A stretch of 61,437 nucleotides of DNA, filler included, from Basidioascus undulatus (Eukaryota): the NCBI GenBank assembly GCA_000826855.1. It is 6 parts of 6 records of this genome, joined end to end, with 100 filler letters (N's around TTAATTAATTAA, not from the genome) between each part and the next. Parts side by side here need not be neighbours in the genome. Positions count along the whole stretch, not along the records: positions 1 to 10,170 come from JTLS01001174.1; positions 10,271 to 20,433 come from JTLS01001175.1; 4 more parts are not named here. The stretch is one strand, 5' to 3'. Shown piece by piece: positions 1-11,040 of the stretch. The position numbers and the translations under genes are program-made. Each line of letters starts with the position of its first letter. Positions within the stretch are counted from its first letter, which is position 1. The notes beneath the pieces were generated by a model that worked only from the letters and a program-made list of their open reading frames with translations, was not told where the DNA came from and searched no databases.

Positions 1-3000
1 CTGCGCCTCGCCCCCCCCCTTTCTTCCTTCCTTCTTCCCACTGACACTCCCCGCCAGCCGCGAGCAGGGCTGGGTAGCGAGTGCCGGCCTGGACCGGACA
101 GTCAAGATCTGGGACGTCGCCGAGGGGCGGTGCGCCCCAATTCGTGCGTTTGCTTTCTTTGCTCGTCTAATTCGAAAAACTCACTGATACTATCGTGAAT
201 GCGCAGTCGATATCCCGGCTATCACCACCAAGCAGTCCATCTACGCCCTCGCGTGTACGCCCTCCGGCTCGACCCTCGTCTCTGGCACGCCCGAGCGCGT
301 CGTGCGGACGTGGGACCCGCGCTCAGCGCAGTGCACTGCCAGACTCGTCCGTCTTCTCCCCCATCTGCTCTTCAGAAACCGTGTCGCTGAGAATGGGGAA
401 TGTGCGGGAACAGGTCGGCCACACGGACAACGTCCGGTCGGTGCTCGTTTCGGAGGACGGGCGATATGTGCGTTTGGCGCTTTCTGTGGGACGGAGAGAG
501 GATGGAATGGCGTTATGTGGAGGCTGACTGTGGGGCATGTGTGTGGGAACAGATCCTTTCGGGCAGCTCCGACTCGACGATCCGGTTGTGGTCGCTCGCT
601 GCGCAGCGGTGTCTGCACACTTTCACCTTCCATACGGTGTGTTCTGTTCGCTCCGATGTTGAGGAGGATTAGATCTGAACTCTTGATGGTGTAGGACAGC
701 GTCTGGTCCCTCTTCTCTCAGCACCCGCAGCTGGCTCGTTTCTATTCCGGCGACCGCGGAGGTCCGTTTCCCCGCCCTCTCCGCCTCACACCTCTTGGCT
801 GATCCCGCAGTATATCCAGGCATCGTCTGCAAAGTGGACCTTGAGAACGTGGGCGATCCGTCCGAGGGCGAGTGCGTCGTCCTCTGCCGGGACGAGGGGT
901 CGTCCTCGCCCGGCTCTTCGAGCACCTCGCTCCCGCCACGCAAAACGGACGGCTCGTCCGGCATCCTCCGCCTCGTCGGCGCAGACGACGCCTTCATCTG
1001 GACTGCGACGGCGTCCTCGTCCGTCAAGCGCTGGCGCGACGTACCGAAACGCTCGGAGCGCGTTGGCGCGGGGAGCCCCGTCGCGAGCCCGCCCGCGAAG
1101 GCTGAGCACCCGCACTTCGCCCATAAAGATACCTCGTACATGTTCCCGCGCCCCGGCACTCCGCCCCACGGGCACACGACGACCGTCGCGGAGCGCGCAG
1201 TCGCTTTGGCGGAGGGCGGCAGCCTGTCGCGCACGACGAGCCGCGAGTCGCACACCGTCTCGTTGCCGCCGTCCCCGCCGCCGCGCTCTGCGCTCCGCCC
1301 GCAGTTCTACACCCCCGGCAGCGGCGGCGGTGGGAACACGCCCATCAGCAACGTCAGCAGCCCCACGACATCTGGGCCGCAGAGCCCGACCGCAGCAGTG
1401 ACGGACGGCACGCACACGCACTCGCCGAGCCAGACGCTCTTCGCCATTCCGTTCGAGAGCCTCGTCTGCCTCGCGTCGGACCTGGACGACCCAGGCCCGT
1501 ACGAGGCCGACCGCTCGTTCGCCTCCGCGCCGACGATGCACTCCCTCGGGTCCCTCATCTCCCTCAACCTCTCCCGCACAAACACAAACACAAATACAAA
1601 CGCGAACCCCACCGCTGGCGCAACCTCGCCGTTCGCGGCTGCGGCTCCCCGCCCGTCGTCGACGTTCCGCTCTCCGGGCCGCTCGGGCGTGCACGACGAG
1701 CTCAGCTTGCGGTTTGCTCCGACCGCCGCGGAGGATGTCGACTCGGACGCGCGGATGGAGTTCGAAGACCGCGAACAGGCTGTCGAGGCTGTCCCGCTTC
1801 GCTCGGCGCCGGACGAGATTATCCATGGGCGGCATGGGCTGATTCGGTCCATGATGCTGGTGCGTGCTTTTCCGCCCAGTTCTTCTCTGAAAAAAATGCA
1901 GGATGGGCGAGTCTGACATCTTGGTGGATGTTGTCGATTGCAGAACGACAGAAGACACGTCCTCACGCTCAATACGCTCCGCGAGGTCGCGCTGTGGGAC
2001 ATCGTCGGGGGCACGTGCGTCGGCCGATACAGCACCGACGAGGTCGAAGCGCTCTTCCGGAGGTTCGACGATGAGCCGCCGACGTCGAGTGAGATTTTGG
2101 AAGCTGTCAAGGACAGGATAGATGGGCAGGTGCGTGCGGTTGAGTTGAAAAAGAGAGGATTAGCTACTGAAGGAGGAGGGTTCCATGGCGTGCGATAACA
2201 GGGAACGACGGCGGCGTGGGCGAACCTCGATTGCAGGACGGGGAGCTTGGCGGTCCATTTGGACGAGTCGAGGTGCTTTGATGGAGAGATGTATGAGGAT
2301 GAGCTGCAGCTGGGCGAGCCGGAGGGGGAGGACCGAAGGCGTGAGTTGTCCTTTCCTTTCATGCCAAGGCCAAGTCAATCCTCTGGAAGCAGCGGAACAT
2401 TAACGAGATGGTCTGTGGTGTTCTGTTGCAGTCATCCTCGGTCGCCTCGTCCTCGCCAACCTCTTCCGCTCCTTTGTCACCGCCGAGGTCGCACGAGCCA
2501 CCCTCCCCGCGGGGACTCCCACCCCATCCGACGGCCACTCGCTCGCCTCCCCGGACGAGGACGCATCCGCCTCTGCCAGCATTCAACGCACGACAGCCCC
2601 CTCCTTCATCTCCTTCTCCGATCTCCAAGCACCAAGCATGTCCCGCGCACCGTCAATCCCCTCCACGCCTGGGATCACCCTCGCGCTCGCCACGCCCGCG
2701 GCCGTGCCCGCCCTCCCTCCGCCGCTGTCCCCCATCCCTCAGTCGCCCGCGCGCAGGCCCGCAGCGGGCCTCCCGACCTCTCCCTGCGCGAACGTCGCGG
2801 GCTTGCCGACGCCCATGGCGAGCGGAGCGCACGTCGGCGTCGACTACTTCTCGATGACGCGCGCGAAGTCGAGCACTGCGTCGAACGGCCATGACTCGGA
2901 GGACACACAACCTCCAGGGGTCACCCCTGGTGCGCCTCTCGCGTCCCCGCCGCAGACACCGGCGACGCCAAGCTCCCCGGCGGCAACGAAGCTGGGTGGT

Positions 3001-3889
3001 CTGATGGGCCGCATGCTCGGGAAGGGCCCGAAGCGGACGCCGTCGACTGCGGACACGCCGAAGGTCGAGGCTGCGGGGCCGCAGACCACCGAATCTGCAG
3101 TGTCCGAAGAAGTGAGCAGTCTCTTTTCACCACTCCATTCCCGCTGCTAACGCGGACATGCGCCGCTTCGCAGCCCCGCATCGACCCCCGCATCGCAGAG
3201 CAACAGCGCACACTCGAGTCCATCCGCAAGCGGCATCCGACCTTCAACCCGACTCCACCCTCCGAAGCGCCCCTACTGCCCCTCCCCGCTTCCACCGCGC
3301 TCGTCATCGCCGAGGAGAGCCAGGAGACCGGCGCGTGGGCGGCGATCTACCGCGGGCTGGTGGGCACGACGGGCTCCGACTCGGACGTGGACGCGCTCGA
3401 GATGGCCGCGCCCGCGTGGTTGCTCGAGCTGCTCCTCGCCGACAACCTCATTAAGGAGCCGGCTGTTGCGAAGCTCACTTTCCTCCTTGAGCCGTGGAAG
3501 GACCCGAACGGTCGGCCGGGTCTGCCGGAGATGCCTGCCGGGTGCGTCGTCTCCAAGGTTTCCTCCATTCCCCATCAATCCGCTGAACTGACAGTACCTC
3601 GACGGTGTTCTCGAACGGCTACAGCGGTAGCCGCCTCAATGCGTCGCGTCAACTCCGCGTTCGCAAGCTGCTCAACTACGTGCAAGAAAAGCTCGCCCCG
3701 CCTCCACCCGCGGGCGAGCAGCGCCCACGCGCCGACGGCGTGCTCGAGCTGATATGTGCCGGCGTCGTCCTGCCCACAAACATGACGCTCGCGGCTGTGC
3801 GGCAGTATGTGTGGAACGCGCAGGCTGCCGGCAGCGGGGGGTCGGGCGAGCCCGTGCTCATGTACCGCCGCAAGCCACGGGCGGCATGA
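1..3889 (+). CDS. WD40-repeat protein of the WDR48/UAF1 (Bun107/Duf1) type, a deubiquitinase activator; multi-exon, 5' end cut by contig start
   Basis: Spliced exons give WD repeats [74 protein letters not shown], then [21 protein letters not shown] and C-terminal [34 protein letters not shown]; stop TGA at 3887-3889; GT..AG introns. Confidence 0.85.
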
Positions 3890-4280
3890 CGAACGATTGG
3901 GGATCTTTGGATTGTTGTATCGATTGATGTACAGCTTGTATCTCATTCGGATGATGTTTGACGTACACATTACACTCTTGGATGATGTGCTTCGCAGTTG
4001 ATGGAACTAGCGATAGCCTGAACACCTCGATCTGTGGCTTCGCTTGCGTGGGTTGACATCGCATGTTGTCGACCTCTCGCACCGTTTCACAGACGTTGCT
4101 CTTTGTCGTTCACACACTTCTCGTCAAGCTCGGCCGGTACCCCAACGTACCCCGCCTCCACTTGCATGATCGGCCGTCTCGCTTACCGAACACGTTACAG
4201 ACCTGTAGAGGAGTTCTCTTTTGCTTTCTTGTCCCCTCATTCTCTTTCTCTCTTTCCTACTACACCTCACAGTAGCCACA

Positions 4281-5607
4281 ATGTTCTCTCCTTGTGTCTT
4301 GATCACCGGTGCTTCGCGGTATGCGTACACTCTTCGACGTCGTTTCTGGGTCTCCCGACGCTGAGGCACGTATGACCTTCCCTCAGTGGCATGGGTCTCG
4401 CTACCGCCCGCATCCTGCTCAAGGACTTCTCTGCGAGCATCGTCACCCTCTCGCGCTCGCGCCCGGCGGAGCTGAGTGCGCTGGCTGAGGAGGTACGCAC
4501 GCCGCATCCAGGGACAACAGAGCACATCGCTGATGCTGCTACTTGCGACAGTTCCCCGGTCGCGTTGAGATCGTTCAGGCATCGGCCACTGACGCGTAGG
4601 TTGATCCGTAGGCTTTGTGCGCCGAATAAGGAGCTGAGCGGTCTGTTCCTGCAGAACGGCGTCTAAGAACGCTGTTGATCTGGCGGTCAAGAAGTTCGGC
4701 AAGCTCGACGGTTTGATCCTGAACCACGCCACTCTGGACCCGATCAGGAAGGTAATATTGCTCCAAAACTTTGTCCAGACTAAAATGCTCATCTTTCCAC
4801 TCGTCGACGCGCTCTCATCAGATCGCCGACGTCGCGCCCTCCGCGGTGGCTGATGCGCTTTCGATCAACTTTGTCTCCTTTCTCAACACGATCCAGCCCG
4901 CCCTTCCGCATCTGCGCGCATCCAAGGGTCGGATCGTCGTCGTCTCGTCCGGTGCCGCGGTGCAGGCGTTCGGCGCTTGGGGAAGCTACTGTGCGAGCAA
5001 GGCGGCTTGCAACTCGCTCGTCAGGTGTGTCAAGTGTTCAATCGACAACCGCCGCCAGGACGACTAACCACGTCGTCCTTTCTTGCAGGACTTTGGCCAC
5101 CGAGGAGAAGGAGGTCGCCTCTCTTGCGTAGGTGGAGCTTTCTCGCTCAGGCAGACTTCGAGGCTGAGCAAATATCGTCTTATGAAAGTCTTGATCCCGG
5201 CGTTGTCGACACGGACGTGCGCAGCATGCGCTTTCCGAGTACAGGGTGGTTTTCTACTGACGCATGTTTATTCCCAGATGCAATGCTACATTCGCTCTGA
5301 GGGTAAGCTCACAAATTTGACAGGTATCATCAAACTCGCGAAAACGATGTATTGACGTCTGCTGCAGGTGGTTCGGCCATGACGAAGGATAACCACGCGA
5401 TGTTCATGGGCTTCCACGCTGATGGAGTGCTCGTCAAGGTACGGGTTTCAGTAATACTATCACTTTTTCACTGTACCTGACTATTCCTTTTCACAGCCCG
5501 AGGGGCCCGGCCATGTAATGGCTGCCTTCGCCGTGAAGGGCGACCACGCTCTGTCGGGCCAGTTCCTCGACTGGTCGGGCTCCGAGCTTACAGCATACCG
5601 CCCTTAA
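4281..5607 (+). CDS. Short-chain dehydrogenase/reductase (classical SDR), paralog 1
   Basis: VLITGASR|GMG Rossmann motif, VVVSSGAA, catalytic YCASK, DPGVVDTD|MQ; ATG 4281, TAA 5605-5607. Confidence 0.9.
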
Positions 5608-5699
5608 ATGGAACTGTAGCCTTAGAGGGATGCGTGACATGAAGTGCGAACCCTTCGTAGCCGTTGGGCAACCTTTGGCCATCGTTTCACGCGTCACGA

Positions 5700-7350
5700 C
5701 TCATTGCCAGCTTCCTGCCAACTAATCTCATCCTAAGTCACCTTCGAGCTCAAGATTGCATGCGTTGGGAGCCCGGCGACGAAGAATGGTTGGCTGCAGG
5801 CCGCAAGGGGCAGAGGCTGTTGCGGCGTCGCCAGGTAGGTGTCTGCAGCCCGCGCCTCGCCTTGACCGCTACTTCCATCTTGGATCGCGTGTGCCGTCCG
5901 ATCATTCGTGTACTCTTTGAGTATTGGAACGGGCACATGAGTGAAGCCACATGAGCACGCCCAAAAGCGTCCCTCCGGCCTGCTTGGTTTCTCTCCCTCA
6001 CCACCTTCCTCGCCACCAGTCCGACTGTAGCGATCAAACTAACTTGCACTTAGGTGCACAAGGTACACTGCGAGTGCCTCCAACTGCTTTACGGATGGCG
6101 TACCAACTAGTGAAGGCGTTTCGTACACGGTTGCCTTCGGATTCCGGAATTCGGAATCGGCAAGGTGTTGTCTTGGTCTTTATCCCTTCCTAACCATGCC
6201 GAGTTTGGTACAGTTATCGTCCGACTGTATATCTCCGGTTAGACTCATGTATCGGAGCTTTGCCGTTCCGAGCCGACGACAATGCGGATGGGCACTTCGG
6301 GACTGGCTTCCGCTTCACAGCGCTTATATATTTTCTCAGTACTCCCCTCGTTCTACCTCCCCCATCTTTATCCACCATGAATTCAAAGAAAAATGCGTTA
6401 CAAATCCTCTCGCGGCGATGACGAGCTCCGTGTTGATCGCGACGACGCTGCCTCCCAGTTGAGGGCTGTGGCGCCAGCTGGTCAGTCCTCACCGCATTCC
6501 GAGAAACCTCGGGGCTTCAATGTTTACGAGGCCTCCTTCAACTACTTTCTGATGTTAACCCGTCTTCTTTAGGCTCGGGACGGTGCCCCATGCCCAAGGC
6601 CCCTAATGGCCGATCGCTGACGTAGGCCGATTTCGGAACTTCAATGTCGGGGATCGAAGAGTCAGCCATGAACTATGGATGATAAGTGGGTCGCGACGCT
6701 CGTTCTTCAGGTCCAGTTACAATCCCTCCTGGATGAACATTCAGTGCATCAAAGACAAACCCTGTCCCGACTGACTTTGAGGCTTGTGCTGTATCTCCTC
6801 TGACCCTTGTTTGGCCAGAACACGCCCGCATCTCTTTCAGCATCAAGCCCTCGACGGCCTCTGACGAGCAAAGTCCCAGTTTCTCTGGATATTTCCGAGA
6901 GGGGGGGAGTACGTCCAAGTAGGAGGGCTCGGAAGCCACGATCCACGATTCGGCACGCAAGTCCGCTATCGGGCTGACTAGCCTCGCCAACTCGGCTTTG
7001 GGGACCGTCGACTTGACGTTTACCAACGAGGATAGGACTGAGCTCTACTCACACGCGAGATCTACTTCCTTATCTGGGTCGTATCTGACAGCAAGGGGCC
7101 GACATTCCCATTCACCATCCACTGGCATCGGCCGCTCGGCCTCCTTCGCCGCTTGGCCGTTGGTTGCTCGCTGGGGATTGTGTGTTCGATATTGAGATGC
7201 CGACTTCGTGGAGGCTCTTGAAGAGGATATGGAGGACAACTTCGGATTGATCGCAGCGGTAAAAGCTACGAAGACCTTTCATCCTATGCTAGCTATTAAA
7301 CATCTTCCACTGCTTGGCTTCTTCATTGCCCTCCTGCGGCAGCCTGTGAT
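5700..7350 (-). pseudogene. Possible degenerate lineage-specific gene with a broken MYND-like Cys motif
   Basis: Fragmented minus-strand ORFs (6673-7026, 5750-6049); near 6065-6010 the minus strand reads CAPKCKLV*SLQSDWW, resembling a decayed C..CK.V.YCS..CQ..DW finger. Confidence 0.2.
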
Positions 7351-8422
7351 GTGCATTTTTTTGTTAATGCACTGCTGGTGTGCGGGAACGATCCAGTACG
7401 GTAGATTGAAAAGGAACGCGACCTCAGAGATTCTCTAACAATCGGCCGTGCCCCGTCACTTCACCGTCGCCGAGTCCACTCTGTCGCTCAGCGGACCGTC
7501 CTAGAACAACTTTCATCCACCACTAGGTAGCTCATGTTAAATATGAGTCCATACTCACAGCCTCTTTTCCATCAACCACCACCACCACCTTTCCCCCCGC
7601 TGCCCACAGTCCATTCCCCCTCATCGCATCCACCTTTGCGATGCCTCCTTCGCGCAGCACCCACTCAAAGCGCCGTCATTCTTCAGCACCCACCGTGTCC
7701 TCCCCATCTTCCAAGCCACTTCCCGAGCTCCCTCTTGTCCATCCCACTAGTCAGCACCTCTCGCGGGGGTTCTCTGCGAGGCCGCCCATTCCTTACCATG
7801 CCATCCACGCGCGGCCCTGGCGGCTCCGATACGGTGGCCGTGGGAGCCCGAGGCGCCAGCACCGCCTGCTTCAGCGCCACCCAGGGCAGAAAAGGTTATC
7901 GCCTTAGCTGAGATCTTCTGGACCGTAGCGATTGAAGAGGAATGTGAGGCAGTCAGCATGGAGGAGAGCGAGAGTGAGAGCGAGACGGAGGCGGACGAAG
8001 ACGAGGATGAGGAAGGCGGCGACGAGGGTGAGTGCAGATATTTTCATTCATTCTGCACATCTAAGTAGATGATGTTGGGGGTCAAATACCACTGCAGAGG
8101 GTTATTCTCTGACATTACCCGTTCGGGTCGTCTGCAGGCGGAGAGGCGTACATTTCGATGTCACACCCGAAGCAATTGCTTTTCTGAACGTTGAGGGGTT
8201 CGTTTTGTTTGGACTAATTTTGATACCCCATAGACTGCCCGGCGGACAAGGCGAGGAAAACTAGCGCCGAACCTCTTTTTGCCTCAGGTTGCGTCGCTCC
8301 TTCTTGCCCTCCTCCCACGTACACGCTCCATCCTCAAGCACCACCGAACTCACCTTCAAACACTGATCTCGCTCGATCAAGCCAATTTTGACTAAATCTC
8401 ATTTCGCATCACTGACCTTCGA

Positions 8423-8982
8423 ATGCCGATCGACCTCAACCTCTTCCACTCACGCGTGTACGAGATTACTCGTCAAATACCCCAGGGTCGTGTGACCACT
8501 TACGGTGCGCTTTGTGCACCGCCCACAGCGCTCACGCTCCGCCCATACAGTCTCGGACGCTGACGCAAATCCATGTATCGCCGTTTCTGATCAAGGCCAT
8601 ATCGCGAAGCTTGCGTTGCACCCATCCCACTCACGGCACGTCGGCCAAGCACTAAAGTTCCTCTCGGACCCGTCCGTGCCGTGGCAAGTGCGTGATCCTG
8701 ATCCCTTTCCGTTCCTCTATTCCACCTTTCGCTCCCTTGACCTACTCACCCTTCACCTTTCATCTCGCTCAGCGCGTGATCAACTCCCGGGGCGAGATCT
8801 CTCCGCGTGGGGACGGCGGCTTGGGCGCAGATCGGCAGCGGCTTGCGCTCGGGGCGGAGGGCGTGGAGGTGATGCGCGCGAGCGTGGGCGCTGCATGGAG
8901 GGTCAACTTGGGGAGGTGGGGATGGTTCCCGGAGAGCGTGGATCTGGGGGAGGAGGAGGGGGAGGGGGGGGGTTCGGAGTGA
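8423..8982 (+). CDS. ATL1: Alkyltransferase-like protein (MGMT/AGT family with Trp in place of the active-site Cys)
   Basis: MPIDLNLFHSRVYEITRQIPQGRVTTYG|HIAKLA..SRHVGQALKFL..VPWQ|RVINSRGEISPR; two GT-AG introns; true 3' end uncertain because of the G-tract at 8946-8972. Confidence 0.85.
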
Positions 8983-9004
8983 GCTGGGTCGGCAGAAGAC
9001 TTAC

Positions 9005-10104
9005 CCTAAACAGCTGAATGCGCGAGATGGTCGCGAACGAGACGGTGGGGTTTGTGAAGTGGCGGGGGAACAGGACTGTCCCAACCCCAACCCCAAATCA
9101 CCCATGTCAGTACTGCACTCAGCCGCAACAGCCCAAAGACGAGCTGACGAGGGGTGGGAAGCGGAGAAGGGGAGATGGGGAGGGCAGAGAGGACGCACCG
9201 AACGTGACGTATCCGACGTCCTCGGTCTGGGCGAGGCCGGGGAGGTGCCTGATCTCGAGCGGGGGCTCGCGCGTCGAGTAGAGCACCTGCGGCGCGGTCT
9301 GGATCGAGGGGAGCCTGCGGGCGTCGACGAACTCCTTCACGGGTGGGGACCGAAAGGTCAGAATGTGAACACGAGGGAAAATTGAAATGGGGGACTGGGC
9401 ACGGGAGTGGGAAAGGGAGGGAGCAAAGAGGGGGAGTGGGGGACCGCACCTGCAAGAACAACCTTCCAAACACGCGGTCCGTCTCCTCCCTAAACACAGT
9501 GCTGAACACCACCGTGACGCGGTCGTGCCCCGCCTGGATGTAAATGGCCTCCTCGTCGCGGTAGTGCACCTCGAGGAGCTGACCCTTGGGCGCGGGCGAC
9601 CCGTCCGTCGGGGGAGGCGTCGCCTCCAGCTCGCGCTGCTTTGCGAACGCGGAGAGGAAGGGCGCGGAGATTGCGTGCCGTTTGAGGAGCGAGAGGGAGT
9701 GGATGAGGGATTGGCGGGCCTCTGTGTTGGGGGAGGGGGGTGAGATCGGGAAGGAAAGGGGGAGAGGGAAGATGGGAGAAAAGGGAAAGGGGGGAACGGA
9801 AGGAACGCGTACCGGCCTCCGCAGGCACCTTCTCCAAATCGATCATGAGCGACACATTATACTCCGGCTCGACCTCCTCGAGCAGCAAGTCACCGTACTC
9901 CGCGCGGAGGACGTCGCGCGCGCCGTGCTGGACGAGCTCGTCCCAGCAGGGCAGCGCCATGGAGAGGAGGATCTGCGTCTTGACCTTGGTGTTGGGCGTG
10001 GTGAGGTGGTAGCGCACGCTGTCGAAGTCGACGAACGCCTGGTCCAGCGACGTTGGCTTCGCGAACTTGTCGGTCAGGACTTGGCGGATGATCACGTTGT
10101 GCGG
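9005..10104 (-). CDS. ARPC2: Arp2/3 complex 34-kDa subunit, partial (first exon beyond contig end; expected last exon not found)
   Basis: Exons FVDFDSVRYHL.., HYRDEEAIYIQAGHDRVTVVFSTVFREETDRVFGRLFLQ|EFVDARRLPSIQTAPQVLYS..GYVTF|VLFPRHF..TISRIQLFR. Confidence 0.92.
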
Positions 10105-10170
10105 CTGCCGGGGCGGGGAAGGGGAGGAAGGGGAAGGGTGAGTTGGGGAGGAGGGGGAGGGGGAGGGGGG

Positions 10171-10270
10171 NNNNNNNNNNNNNNNNNNNNNNNNNNNNNN
10201 NNNNNNNNNNNNNNTTAATTAATTAANNNNNNNNNNNNNNNNNNNNNNNNNNNNNNNNNNNNNNNNNNNN
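10171..10270. other. Artificial contig spacer (N44-TTAATTAATTAA-N44)
   Basis: All-frame stop linker flanked by Ns; identical to the other four gaps. Confidence 0.97.
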
Positions 10271-10780
10271 GAGTGCGTGGGATAGGGGTAAGGGAGAGGG
10301 GGGGATGGGAGGGGATGTGGCGGACAGGGACACACTTGGACGCGAGTAACTTGGACCGCACGTCGTCCGGGAGGGTGAACGACATTTGCGAGGTTTTACG
10401 CTCTTGCTCGCGAGCCTCTTTTCCACCCACCCGCTCATCAGCGCCTGCTGCGAACCGGGAGGAGGGAGCGGGACGCACCGACGAGCGTCAGAATACTATC
10501 CGACACCTGCTGCACGACCTTATAAAACGGGCTGGGCTTGAACGTCAACCTCGCGTTCCCTGCTTCCCTCCCCCCGTGCCCAATTTCATCTTCATCAGTC
10601 TGCACCCTTCCCCCATCCTCCATCCTCCATCCCGCTCCTCGGCCAGCGACTGACCTCCGTACCCCCCAGCGCCGTACGAGCTACCCACCCCCGGCCCCGC
10701 CCCCGCGCCGTACGCGCTCGGCGCGGTATATCCGTACGCGCTCGGCTTGGGCGGGAGCGCGGGCGCGGGAGGGCGGTGAA
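10271..10780 (-). CDS. Fragment of a SIZ/PIAS (Pli1-like) SUMO E3 ligase, start of the PINIT domain
   Basis: Spliced exons: Gly/Tyr/Pro-rich linker|NARLTFKPSPFYKVVQQVSDSILTLV|EAREQERKTSQMSFTLPDDVRSKLLAS; FKxSPFY marks the start of PINIT; runs into the contig end. Confidence 0.6.
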
Positions 10781-11040
10781 GGTCAGGGAGGTGCTTGAGC
10801 GGAGGACGGAGAAGGACGAGGGCGGTTACTTGACTTGGGTTTGAGGGTTGGATGAGCGGTGGAATGGAACAATGAATGCACAATGTTGCTAGAAGATATC
10901 CCGGCGTTTAGAATGAGCGTGCTTTCTGTCGAGGTGAGGCAACGGCAAGGGCGTGAAGCCAGGCGTCCGGTAGAATAAAACAGGCTCGGGCAGACGAGTT
11001 ATCGAATTGTTGCGGCTCCATAAGATAATACAACACTACA

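Noticed and set aside
7534..8030. Pro-rich ORFs followed by an acidic EESESE..DEDEDEE stretch
   Set aside because: The pieces are in different frames with stops and no recognisable domain; cannot support a gene call
8636..8800. PWQRV rather than PCHRV suggesting a dead MGMT pseudogene
   Set aside because: Cys-to-Trp defines functional alkyltransferase-like proteins
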